Assembly: GCA_965644295.1 (NCBI GenBank) | Contig: CBFFRP010000046.1 | Coordinates: 1 to 64,000, forward strand | Source of the DNA: Paraphysomonas bandaiensis | Lineage: Eukaryota; Protista; Chrysophyceae | Length of the DNA stretch: 64,000 bases | Direction of reading: 5' to 3' | Position numbers and translations under genes: made by a program | The notes under the pieces: model-generated | Database searches by the model: none | Seen by the model: the letters and a program-made list of their open reading frames with translations, nothing else | Told to the model about the DNA's origin: nothing | In this document: positions 1 through 12,855 of the stretch, one piece after another | Numbering within the stretch: position 1 is the stretch's first letter | Layout of the letters: the number at the start of each line of letters is the position of its first letter

Positions 1-28
1 AGATGCATTGCTGTACATATATATACCA

Positions 29-2248
29 ATGCAACACATACCTCCCAACATACACACCAACCCTCCCCCCCATACAAATACCGTTACAGTTGATAATAAT
101 CTAACGCATGTCTCTATATATAATCCAGGCACGATGCATATACGTTTACGTATGCATACATCTCTACCAGTTGCATATATAATTGGATTCGATAAAACAC
201 AACATGGCAATAAAGGAGAAGTCGAACAAGATGGTCGCATTCATCGCAAAGATGCTCTCATAGCCATTAATTATATCCCTTTATATAACATGACATTTGA
301 TGAGATGTTAGCTGTCATACGATCCCAACCAGAGGCTTCAAGAGATCATCCACGTATACTCACCTTCACTACCATTAATTATTTTGCATCATTCTCATTA
401 TTAGAGAATGATCCTGTAAAGAACCTTCTAGAAACTTTACATCATGACTTACAAAGTATACGTATGCCTTATACTGTGAGACTACAGGTCATTAAGAGGT
501 GTATAGATGATAAGAGTGTGATAGATGAGAGTCTTCTACGCAGTCTTGCTGCTATGGGGTTTCCTGATGGATGTGGTGGATTGAGAAGCACAGCGTGGAA
601 GGTTCTATTGGGATATCTGCCGTATGATAGTGCTGCATGGGAGGATCATTTGCATACACAGAGACAGCTATACACTACACTCTTATCTGAGGTATCTGTG
701 CGTCCCTCTCACGATACAGATGACACTACTGGTTCAATCAATAAAGTAACGGATCATCCTCTTCATGATGATGAAGACAGAAGTCTTTGGGCGAAGTAGG
801 CTATACACATATCTGCTGTATTGCAACTAACTAGTACACCGCACTGTTGCTGTGCTGCTCAATAGGTTCTGGAGTGATGCCCTGCTGTTAGACAGTATTC
901 AGAAAGATGTAATTCGCACCTATCCTGACTTGAAGTTTTTTTTGGATAGCGAGGGACGTCATCAGGAAGCCATGCAAAACATTCTTTTCCTGTATGCGAA
1001 ACTAAATCCTGGTATAAAATACGTGCAGGTAGCGTACCATAGCTGTGTTGTTGTCATGCTCCATGATCTCTCCACATAGGGCATGAATGAGCTTGTTGGA
1101 ACCCTTTACTACGTATTTGCAAGTAAGACTGGTGAAGTATATTATCATGTGCTAATGGTTCTGATTTACTGGAATCCAGATGACCAGAACGATGACAGCT
1201 GGGTGTCCAGCGTAGAGGCAGATACCTTCTTTTGCTTCTCGCTGCTGATGTCGGAAATTAGGGTCCGTGATTATTATACATTTGACATGTACACGTAATA
1301 GTTACACAGGATATGTATATACACAATATGGACAACACAAGCACTGGAATAAGTGGTAGAATTCAGAGGTTCATTGATATCCTTCGCACATACGATCCTG
1401 TCGTGTGCGATCTTCTCATTGATCAAGTAATTCCTCTCATCAACACCTTATGGAGTTGTTAGTATTAACATTGTATGATGTAGGGTATCGATCCGTCATT
1501 TTACTCGTTGCGGTGGATAACCACACTACTCTCGCGGGAGTTTGATTTATTGGATACTATCCGCCTATGGGATAGCTTGTTGGGTGACCGGAATCGAGAG
1601 GAGTTCTTAGCCTACATATGCTGCGCTATGGTTCTTGAACAGCGTGAGTCACTGATGACTGGAGACTTTGGAGAAAATTTGAGCCTGGTTAGTTTCGAAT
1701 GCTTTTTTCTTTGTGTGTGTGAAATGCCTCTGTAGCTGCAGTCTTACCCCCCTATAGACGTCACCTACCTCTTGCAAAAGTCGGCTTCTTTGAGGGAACA
1801 TCACAAGAGCGGGTTTGCAGTAGAACAGGAAGAATCGCATCTCAATAATGCTTCACCGGTTCCTGTCAGTTCATCTCAGTTGATAAGTGAGGTATGGCGA
1901 GCCTCCTCCACCCTCTCTCGCATGGTTGTCACTGCTAGCAACGAAGTTCGCAGCACTCTGTTCCGTTCCACGGACGGATTTGGGAATGTGCGATCCTTTA
2001 CTTCATTTGACGATGACGAGACTTACGACAGGAGTGCTTTTGAGGGAGGGCACCTCAACACTGCGGTTCTGAATGAGAAACTAATATCACTTTGGCAGCA
2101 GCGAGATATTAAAGACCAAAGAGATGTTAAGGATCAATGCGAGTCCACCATAATTTGTTTAGAAGCGTATGATGGCATTAAATCTTCCGGAGGAGAGAAT
2201 AGTACGTGTAGTGATGATGAGTATAATGTATATGGAACTAGCTATTAG
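29..2248 (+). CDS. TBC (Rab-GAP) domain protein, TBC1D13-like, with N-terminal PDZ-like domain; spliced
   Basis: TBC motifs across exons: LRSTAWKVLLGYLP, IQKDVIRT (R finger), YVQ|GMNEL (Q finger), EADTFFCF, LRWITTLLSREF, IRLWDSLL. GT-AG introns, e.g. 796-865. Start uncertain (ATG at 29, near window edge). Confidence 0.85.
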
Positions 2249-2627
2249 TCCTCATCCTTGTGGTTACTTCAGTTGCAGATTACTTGACGTGATTTGCGCA
2301 TGCTGGTTTAACAACACTCTTGTAATAATATCGCCTGATAGTTTCCGAAATTTACTTGAAAGCGGATGGTATCTAAGTTGCTCATATATATTCAGTGAAG
2401 TAGTACTTTCAAATTATTAGAAAACTAAAATGTCAGCTGGTACACTATATTCACAACATACGTTCGCACCACTAAGAATATAGTTGTGAATGTCCAGTGA
2501 TATATATACGTAAGCAAAGCGTAGATTACTTGATACTTTTGATAGCTAGTTTTCCTATTAAATTGAAATCAATGCTCGTGTGCTACATTTACATTAACAT
2601 TATAGTGGCACAAACATCTTAACGACT

Positions 2628-4587
2628 CTACACTAATCTTTGCAGAAGCATTGATTTCTCATCTTCACGGTCTTCAATCCCTGAATTTGTAGTACTTGAA
2701 CGCTCAACAAGATGTGGCCTTTCATACTCTAAGTATTCTTGTCGCGAATAGTAGACCATTTGGCTGGGAAATATAGCGTCCAACAGATTGAGAATAAAGT
2801 TGCCTCTGTCAAACGGATTATGAAGAAGCCCCTCATTATTCTTGAAGTATGCATACTTGTGGAAACCGATTTGTTCATTAGTGGTGAGCGCGTTCATGAT
2901 TAGCGACATATGATAGTTGAAGAGGCCGCCTATCGCCAGCATCCACATCGCCGAGTACACCATAAACGCATAGAATTGCCACGAAACGGAAACACGACAG
3001 CTATACCAGTACGCCGTGATTTCCCAAAGAGTACCACATACAACGTGGGCACACAGCAGACCTACGAAGTACTTGTAGTTGTCTCGACCGACAGTGTTGG
3101 CTACAAAGGGACAGAAATGGTCAAAGCGGTGAATGCATTTCCCCAATATTTTGCAATGCTTGGCACGGATGGGTCTACGGACGTGACACGAGTGACAAAC
3201 GGGAGGGTAGTCGGGCTCATTAGGTTCTCCAGTTGAAGCACCAATGACTTCAAGTGCATTCTCATACGTAGCATTTCTGTCCCTTACTTTTCCTGGCTCA
3301 AGGTCCACCACTTCACCAGGGGATGTGAACAGACACATGAGGAAACAGAACCACCAAAAGCCTTGGAAAAGAAAGTTAGCAGCATGCAACATTGTCAGAT
3401 CGCCCATCGCAGAGTCACTGACGAAGTAGGCAGTCAATATGGATGCAGTAAGATTTGAAAAAAACACGACACGCCATGGCCAGTTCATCAGCTCCTTATC
3501 ATTGTACCCACAGAGAAGAGACCCCAATGACCTTTGTTGCTGTTAAACATATCGTTGCAAAAAATAGCTACGCACCTAACGGAACAAAGTTTCTGCGTGC
3601 CCATAGCATACATTTCGTGAAATATTGTACGGGATGAGGCCTTCCTCAAAAACCACTCAACCTTTCTGTGACCTTTCTTAATGGCTAGGTCAATGGCAGT
3701 AGCACCGTTGCGGTCCTTCAGGGTCATGTCGCAGCGGCACGCAGTCACTAAGTACTCCACACAATCCACATTTCCCCGAAGCGATGCCAAATGCAGAGGC
3801 GTCTGTCCATATTTGTCCGCTGCATGCATATCCTGCGGTCTAAGGTACGCAAGTGCACCTAGTAATTCCAGGTTCCCCTTATAAGCTGCCCAGTGAGAAC
3901 AGAGGTCACCGTTGGTGTCAGCCACCTCGACATTGGCTCCACTCTTAATAAGGTATACAACACAGGGAATTTGATTGTGCTGTGCTGCAATAACAAGAGG
4001 CGTACAGCCATTGGCATCAGTGCTGTCTATGTCAACATTGCTATTCACTAGAAATCTAATGGAAGATATCTTTCCTTCGCTTGCTGCCCAGTGGATCGGC
4101 TGCATTCTGGAGTCAGAAGGCGACTTCTCGTTGATTGCAGCCCCATGATGAACAAGTGTTTTCATTAGCTCTGTATCTCCACACCTCGCCGCCCAGTGCA
4201 TTGGTGTGTTCCCTTGAGCATCTACAGTACATTGACTACATAAATATATATACACACATATTTATATACATATACCAACACACATATCTATACACACATA
4301 TCCATATATACACGTGTCTATACACATACATCTATAGGCATACAGTGCAGTGTGTGTATACTACAGAGTGAGTGCCTATAAACCCACCTGTAGAGTTCAG
4401 TATACCATCACCCGCACTGTCCAATAAGATCGTTACATCAGACATCAAACCAAATCGAAGAGCTTTAAATAACTGCTCCGTATATGCCTATAAGCCCATG
4501 TATATATGAGTGTATGTGTTAGATACGTATAGTTATATATGAAACCTTATGATCCATCTCCTTGAGGTCTAACGACTCCACCAGCAT
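2628..4587 (-). CDS. Ankyrin-repeat protein S-acyltransferase (Akr1/ZDHHC17/TIP1-like); spliced
   Basis: About 6 ankyrin repeats (GNTPMHWAA, QPIHWAA, GCTPLVIAA, GQTPLHLAS), TM helices, cysteine-rich domain CHSC..RPIRAKHC..CIHRFDHFCPFV..VGRDN, TTNE motif. 5' exons MLVESLDLKEMDHK and AYTEQLFKALRFG joined by GT-AG introns. Confidence 0.9.
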
Positions 4588-4674
4588 CTGTATATTGGGT
4601 TAGGAGTGAGTTAGATTTGATTCATTAGATTCCCCATATGACGGGATGATATGCTAATATATAGAGAGATGACC

Positions 4675-5440
4675 ATGTATGTATATATATATATATGTAT
4701 GTGTATGTATGTATGTATGTATGTATGTATATATATATATATGTATGTGTATGTATGTATGTATGTATGTATGTATGTATGTATGTATGTATGTATGTAT
4801 GTATGTATGTATGTATGTATGTATGTATGTATGTATGTATGTATGTATGTATGTATGTATGTATGTATGTATGTAGGTATGTATGTATGTATGTATGTAT
4901 GTATGTATGTATGTATGTATGTATGTATGTATGTATGTATGTATGTATGTATGTATGTATGTATGTATGTATGTATGTATGTATGTATGTATGTATGTAT
5001 GTATGTATGTATGTATGTATGTATGTATGTATGTATGTATGTATGTATGTATGTATGTATGTATGTATGTATGTATGTATGTATGTATGTATGTATGTAT
5101 GTATGTATGTATGTATGTATGTATGTATGTATGTATGTATGTATGTATGTATGTATGTATGTATGTATGTATGTATGTATGTATGTATGTATGTATGTAT
5201 GTATGTATGTATGTATGTATGTATGTATGTATGTATGTATGATGTATGTATGTATGTATGTATGTATGTATGTACATGTATGTATGTATGTATGTATGTA
5301 TGTATGTATGTATGTATGTATGTATGTATGTATGTATGTATGTATGTATGTATGTATGTATGTATGTATGTATGTATGTATGTATGTATGTATGTATGTA
5401 TGTATGTATGTATGTACGTATGTAGGTAGGTAGGTAGGTA
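4675..5440. repeat. (TATG)n/(CATA)n microsatellite array, ~765 bp with few interruptions
   Basis: Directly visible. Lies between the divergent DHHC and ISWI genes. Confidence 0.99.
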
Positions 5441-5604
5441 CAGTATGTTCTCTGATATTTGAGTTTTTGAACCGTATCTGATATCTGTGGGCGGGAAAAG
5501 TCGACCAGGTGGGAATGTGTCGACCAGGCAAAGAAATCGCTGTATACAGATAAAAATCTGGTGTTTTTCCCACCCACAGATATCCGATACGGTTCTACAT
5601 ACTG
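5441..5604. mobile_element. MITE-like element with TIRs, flanked by TA
   Basis: Termini TA|CAGTATGT...ACATACTG|TA. 31-bp inverted repeat GAACCGTATCTGATATCTGTGGGCGGGAAAA (5469-5499) versus 5565-5595 with 2 mismatches. Internal direct repeat GTCGACCAGG x2. Confidence 0.75.
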
Positions 5605-5884
5605 TATATGTATGTATACCTATATGTATGTGGACTATCTATATTACCTTCACTTCTATTGCATTGACTTCGTTTTGTATGGAATGTACAGTATTGTGTT
5701 GCATGAATATGCATATTATTATATAGATAGACCCTTCTATTAACCCTCTATAGTGAAGCGTATCTCTTCATATGATAACATTCACTTCTTACTATTGAAT
5801 ACATACAGTAACTCTCATATATACACACATATACACATATATAGACATAATTAACCTCCTCTGCTCATATCAGTGAATCTCAAT

Positions 5885-8800
5885 ATGAACAACGATCAAA
5901 CCCATCCAGAGGGATCATCCTCTGACATAACTAAAGCCCTGTAAGTCCTCTCTGTCTCCCTTCAGCCCCATATATACACACACTCATATTGAACTATCAG
6001 AACGCCGTATCAGTTCTTTCAAAGAATGAAGATGTCTGCTGTTAAAGATGAGCTCGTTCAGGCCGGACAGGACTCTAGTTTGGGTCAAGTCATGCAAGCT
6101 TTATCCGCAAAGGTCTGTATGTAGACATACGTATGCCTGTACATATAGATAGATGTGTGTGTGTATATATATGATTGTATATATGTGTATTTTTGTATAT
6201 ATGAACTCGCGAGTATATACGCAAGGCATGCTCGGGATATATCTTCACATTACCAGAGGTCGATGACTCCAACATCTCTTAGCATCTCATGTGTATATAT
6301 ATTTGAGTCCTTTATTAATACCATTATATAGTGGAAAGCATTGCCTGATAGTGAGCGTGAGGAGTATGAGACCCTTGCTGTCAAGGACAAAGAGAGATAC
6401 ATAAAAGAATGCCGGGTATTGCGTGATACGACCTGTTATAATTGGCGGAAGTTATTATGTATATCAGGTTCGTGATGAGGAGTATTTGAGACTACAGGAG
6501 GAGAGGCGGAAGGCAAACACTGCCACGGAGACAGAATCCAGAATGAGAAACAGTACTGTGCGTTCAGTAAATTTTTTTGGATACGGGTTTTGATATAGTG
6601 TACAGATGGCTCGCTCAGATGCCTGTGCTGTCAAAGCTGATGCTCCGAAACGCAAGAGAGAGATTAGCGAGCATGAGCGTAAGGCTTCCCAGCAGCGAAA
6701 ACAAGCTAAATTAGAGGAGGAGCGAGCCATTGAGGAGCAGCATTCCGAACTTAGACAAAATAAAGCCGACCAAGCTGAAGCTAGGTTATATTTCTCATAT
6801 AACACCTTCAAAATCTAGTAATGCATGTGCAGGCTTAAGTACTTGCTCAGTCAGAGTGACATATTTTCCCATTTCGGATTGAAGGGCACCACGAAGGAAG
6901 AGGACACTCCCAAGGCCGCTTCGGGAAGCAGCCGGCTCAAGTCTGCCGCCATTGCTGAGGACCTTGATGACGATGAACTCGCAATGTTAGAGGAGGAGGA
7001 CGAGAGTTTAGATGATGAAGAGGATGGTGCAGCCCCTCCCGCCAAAGCAGGAATCGCAACTCTCACGAGACAACCGAACTGTATAGTAGGGGGCGAAATG
7101 CGGTAACTGACCTTGTAGTTAGTCTGTATCTATACTGACAAGTTGTTCCAGAGCTTATCAACTGGAGGGTTTGAACTGGATGATACGATTGACTGAAAAT
7201 GGTATTAATGGTATTTTGGCGGACGAGATGGGGCTTGGTAGGTTTTCTGCTTTTGTACTTATCGACCGTTGACATGTGTGTACAGGTAAAACTTTGCAGA
7301 GCATATCTGTGCTGGCTTACCTTCTGGAGTATCGAAATATATCAGGCCCTCACCTTATTATTGTACCAAAAAGTACCCTTTCTAACTGGTGTAACGAGTT
7401 CACTCGCTGGTGTCCGTCGCTTCGCACTGTGCGCTTTCATGGAAACAAGGAGGAGCGTGCAGAGCTAGTTGAGACCTTGTTGCGACCCGCCCGGCGGCCA
7501 GAGGACAGGGACTGGGATGTACTCGTGACCACGTATGAAGTGTCCAATATGGAACGTGGAGCTCTGGCCAAGATCGCATGGAGGTTTCTTATTATTGATG
7601 AGGCCCATAGGTTAAAGAATGAGGCTTCTCAGTTCTCTCAAAATGTCCGACATCTTAATACTGAACACCGTTTGCTGCTGACTGGGACACCTTTGCAGAA
7701 CAACCTGCATGAGCTGTGGGCGTTACTTAACTTTTTACTACCGGATGTGTTCGCATCCTCGGAACAATTTGACGAATGGTTTAATTTGGACGTGGATGAC
7801 ACAGAAGCGAAACAGCGAATGATTGGGCAGCTGCATAAGATCTTGCGACCTTTCATGCTTAGAAGACTTAAGGTAGACGTCGAAAAGAGCCTGCCCCCCA
7901 AGACCGAGACTATTCTCTTCACTGGACTTTCTGTCACTCAGAAAGCAGTATACAGACAGGTGCTCATGCGTGATATAGATCAGATCAACAGCGGATTTGG
8001 TGGAAATTCAAGCGGGTCTCGGACCGCGATACTTAATATTGTAATGCAATTGCGTAAGTGCTGCAACCATCCCTATCTCTTCCCAGGAATAGAAGATAGA
8101 AACGAAAACCCCTTTGGCGAGCATCTTATAACTAATTGTGGCAAGATGGTGCTACTCGACAAGCTTCTGGGGAAGCTCTTCGATCGCAAGCATCGTGTGC
8201 TTATATTTTCTCAAATGACACGTATGCTTGATATTCTAGAAGATTACTGCGCAATGAGAGAGTACAAATACTGCCGCATAGATGGAAATACGTCTTATGA
8301 GGTATAATGTTAAGCTATCTTGTATAGCAATTAGTTACATTTGTATGTAGGACCGAGAGGATAGGATAGAAGACTACAACTCTCCGGGATCGGATAAGTT
8401 TATTTTCCTCCTTTCCACACGCGCAGGTGGACTAGGAATCAATCTACAGACCGCAGACACAGTCATTATATATGATAGTGACTGGAACCCACAGGCGGAT
8501 CTGCAGGCACAAGACAGATGTCATCGAATCGGACAAAAGAAACAGGTGCATGTTTATCGCCTTGTCACGGATGATACTGTCGAAGTGAAAGTGGTGGAGA
8601 GAGCTCAACAGAAGCTCAAGCTCGATGCGATGGTAGTTCAGCAAGGACGCCTTCAAGACAAAGAGAAGAAGATGAGCAAGAACGAGCTGTTGGATACACT
8701 CCGTTTTGGTGCGGATAAGATTTTTCGTACGAAAGACAGCTCCTCCATCACTGACGAGGACATCGATATTCTACTTGAAATGGGTCGCAAACGCACGGAG

Positions 8801-11152
8801 GAGCTAAACGAGAAGCTTCAGGCTGCGGATAAGGGGGATCTGTACGATTTCAGACTTGACGGAAATTCTAATACTCAGGTGTTCGAGGGCAAAGACTATA
8901 GTGACAAGAATGTTCGTGACGCTACAAATGGTTCTTTTGGGTTTATCGATACCGGACCTCGAGAACGCAAACCAATTGTGAACTACAGTGAGCAGGTTGT
9001 CATGAGAGGACGTGTGGTAGATGGAGGAGATAAAAAACAACCCAAAATGCCTCGCCACTTACGCTTGCCTAAGATGGAGGACTGGCAGTTCTTCAATCGC
9101 GAGAGACTGCTAGAGTTGCAAGAGAAAGAGGTCAAGCTCTTCGATGAGTTGGTTGAGAAGGGGGAAGCTCCGGGGTCAGGCGCAATTGGTAAACTAGTTT
9201 TGCTATCTGAAGAGGAGCACGCAGAGAAGACTCGGCTGCTGGCGGAAGCCTTCGGAGACTGGAACAGATACCACTATAGTAACTTCGTAAAGGCCTCAGC
9301 AAAGTACGGACGAAATGAGTATTCTCGTATTAGCGAGGATATCGGACGGTCTGTTGAAGAAGTCACTAGGTAAACCTTTACGGTATATGCCATTATAATT
9401 CATTTCGACTGTATGTATGCTATGTATTGTGACTCAATAACGTTGGCTGTGCAGATACGCAAATGTATTCTGGACTAGGGGACCTGTGGAACTGCCAGTC
9501 ACTGAGTGGGAGAAGGTTATAAAGCAGGTGGAGAAGGTGAGTACCCTTCGCGCTGCATACCATAGCCAGTAATTCATGTCGTGTCGGGGTATAATACAGG
9601 GTGAGAAACGACTGGAGGAGATCGGACGGCTCACGTTAGCTACCGCCCGCCTTGTAAAATCTTTTCGTGATCCATGGGAAGAGCTCACATTCCGATACGT
9701 TGGTGGACAGGGACGACTCTTCAATTCTATTGAGGATAGGTATTTGCTTTGTCTGACCCACCTGCACGGGTACGGGAACTGGGACCGTGTGCGTAACTCA
9801 ATTAGACAGTGCGCGAGGTTTCGCTTCGACTACTACTTCTTGTCATGTACCGCTGAGGCATTGGGAAAGCGATGTGAGTCTCTGATGCGTGTAGCAGAGA
9901 GAGAAATGATCGAAATCGATAAGAAGCAGCAGGCTGCAAACTCAGCACCCGCCTCTCTTCCGTCAGTTCCCACTGCCTCTGTTGTCCCTTCGAATCCGGT
10001 ACCCAACATAATGCTATCCTCTATTCCTGTACCGGGGACTGGCAAGCAGCCTGTGAAGCGGTCTGTTTCATCTGCGGATAGTGCTTCGGTACACGAACGC
10101 ATGGCGGAGCTGATGCGTCAAATATCAGACGAGGCCCGTCGTCTGGCAACCACCCGTGCTGAACTCCAGAAGGCCCGAAAAGCTATTACAGAAGCCCAAG
10201 GTGATAACGTAAAAAAGACACCTCAGACCGAGGCAACCACTGCAGCGGTGGAGACCGCAATGCGCGGCGCACAAAAGATGCCTGTTCCGGATGAACTTCT
10301 TCCTGAACTCTGCAGGTGCATCCATGATAAAGTGTCTTGTTAGCCAGGAGTAATATGTCTTCACCAATAATGCATATGTACATATTCGGGCATGCATACC
10401 TCGATAGTGCTTCCTGTCTCATGATTCTATGTGATGCACACAGACTGTTGGTTCACTCCGGTGCAGATGGTATATGCAAGGTGGTAAGCAGGTTTCAAGA
10501 AGTACACCCGCATATCTCGAAGAGGCAACTTGAGTTAAAAATAGCAGAAATATCCGTTAAGGAAAAGCATGAGTCAGACACATTGAAGGTGGTAGCCACA
10601 TGTCTGCTGACTTGTTGTGATATTTTTGGCACAGGTTTGGCATATCAAACCTGAGTACGAGCACCTGCTAAATGATATCAAGAAGGAGGGTAGCCCCCCA
10701 AAACGAAAACAGTCGTCTTGTGACTCTTCTGGACCCACTCCTTCCAAAACCAGTAAATTGGGAGAAGGCGATTCTGCGAATTTGACCTCTCCTCGGTCAG
10801 GAAAGAAGCGAACAGCATTTTCACTTTTCGTCAAGGACAAGCGTTCCCAAGTTGAAGCCGATCTAGGTCCAGATGTTGATGTGAGTCAGGCTACGTGATT
10901 ATTTCTTTGTAATGCACATGTTCCGTACTGATACAACTCTGTAGACCGCTGTTCTAAAGAAAGAGCTACTGGATATGTGGAAGGCGATAGGTGCCGGTGG
11001 ACGAGCGCCGTACGAACAGAAGGAAGCAGAACTAAATGCGAGGTATGTTGATAAATTACTTGAGTGGGGTTATGATAACTGTACTCTACTACTGCAGGAA
11101 TGGCAAAGCCGGCTCCAGCGAGGGAGGCGTAAAAAAGAAAGCTAAGAAGTAG
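5885..11152 (+). CDS. ISWI: ISWI-family chromatin-remodelling ATPase with N-terminal HMG box and C-terminal winged-helix-like domain plus second HMG box; spliced
   Basis: SNF2 ATPase motifs GILADEMGL|[78 protein letters not shown]-like region. HMG boxes reconstructed across introns. Stop TAG 11150-11152. Confidence 0.93.
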
Positions 11153-12855
11153 AGACTGTACACCACATATCTTTGCGTTCTAAGTGTAGTGAGTGCATTA
11201 TATGGTACATTTGCTATTTTGTCCCCTGACTTTTATACGAAGTTATTACGCGAGGTATTTTATGAACTAATCATAATATAAAGCATCTCAGATATTTGAA
11301 TTGTGTTTCGCTTATTATTAACAAGTGTACGTATGTTTTTGTGATTATGATTTCCTCTGGGCCAGATATTACAACAGCGTGCCCTACATGTATACCTCTC
11401 TCCTGACCCTTCTTGTCACTTGTCAAAGTTCATGCAACTAGAATAATACTGCATTTGTCGTATCGCTCGGCGTCCTTTGTATATTTTTGTTGAAAGATGT
11501 CTCTTATATTGAGACAATAGTTATCTGTATTCTAGCCGCAGTTGTATTTCAGTAATATACTAGAGTATTTTTGCTTCAATTTATTTTCGAAAAATATGAT
11601 GCTGACTGCCGATACGGTATTTAAATGAAGGATACCTCAGATATCACTTCAGTCCAAGACGTGAAGAATCAGGAAAAGAGAAATACTATCGACGTGTAAT
11701 ATCCGCGAATCTATGAATAGGGCATCCTATAAACTATAAAGAACCCAATCACGTCTTTATACTTTATAGAACGTTCCAATATGAAGGTTTCAATACTACA
11801 CAATTGCAATAGTGTTGTTGGACCAGTAATAAAACTATTGTTCCCTTGATTGGATCGTACAGTGTGGGCAGTCATTATATTACACTTCCTGCGATTTATT
11901 AAAGTATACAGATTCACATACCGTCATTTTCATGTTCCTTCACTCCCACAAAGTCTTATCCAGCACCAACATCGCTTCTAGAAGTCATTAGCTTGGTCGG
12001 TGTCGTATATTCGACTTGAGATTACTCTCATATATCAGTTTGCGAGAGAATGTGTATTGAAGGTGACCGCTACAGGAATAATGATACCTCTCTACTGCAT
12101 ATATACATGCATGCATACAAGAGCAAACATACACTTTCACTTATCTGTTAAGAAGGTAGAAGAGTTTACTTATGAGGGGCAGTGACTGGCTCTTATGGTC
12201 TAGATCTTGTAAGTCATATGAAGCCAGACTTGATTCCATCTTGTCTAATGCATTCTAGAAGTAACAAGATTGGGTGTACTTACAGAGGTTAGAGCATCAT
12301 GCAAGGACTATCAGTACATTAGAAACAGTGCTGCTTTAACTTATTCAGTTCATATCATAAGATTTCATGCATTTCCAGTGTTGCAACAATGGTTTCCTCT
12401 TTTCCGGAAAGATCGTATCTTTAAAAGGCACACTCAAACTGTATTTGTATGTATACTGCTGTATACACATGTCTGAGACCTGATACTGCAGTGTATATAT
12501 GCGTATAAGTACAGCTGTATATGGTACAGTGTACACACAGTATACAGAGTGGTATATTCCTGACACCACATATGACGATGGAGTGCTGTGCTGTGTCAGT
12601 GCAGGTATACAGAGTACTGTGTAGTGTGTAGTGTACCATATATATGAGCGAGGAAGTGAAGTGAGGAAGTGAGGTGTACAGCCACTCTTCTAGTCGCCAT
12701 ATTCTAACCTCTACAATACACGATCCACCCATACACAATCCTCCATACATAAAGTCCAAGTGATTACAAGGGACACATACACACATATGTATCTACGTGA
12801 TTAACAAGATCATCATACTGTCTCACATACTCTCATATAACACACCATAGTAATC

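Noticed and set aside
4611-5577. Long MYVC/HTYI repeat ORFs (also 33537-34337 and 36415-36927)
   Set aside because: Artefacts of (TATG)n, which has no stop codon in any frame.
11340-12060. Possible decayed gene on the minus strand (one intron-like GT..AG, short frames)
   Set aside because: No recognisable motif or consistent reading frame.
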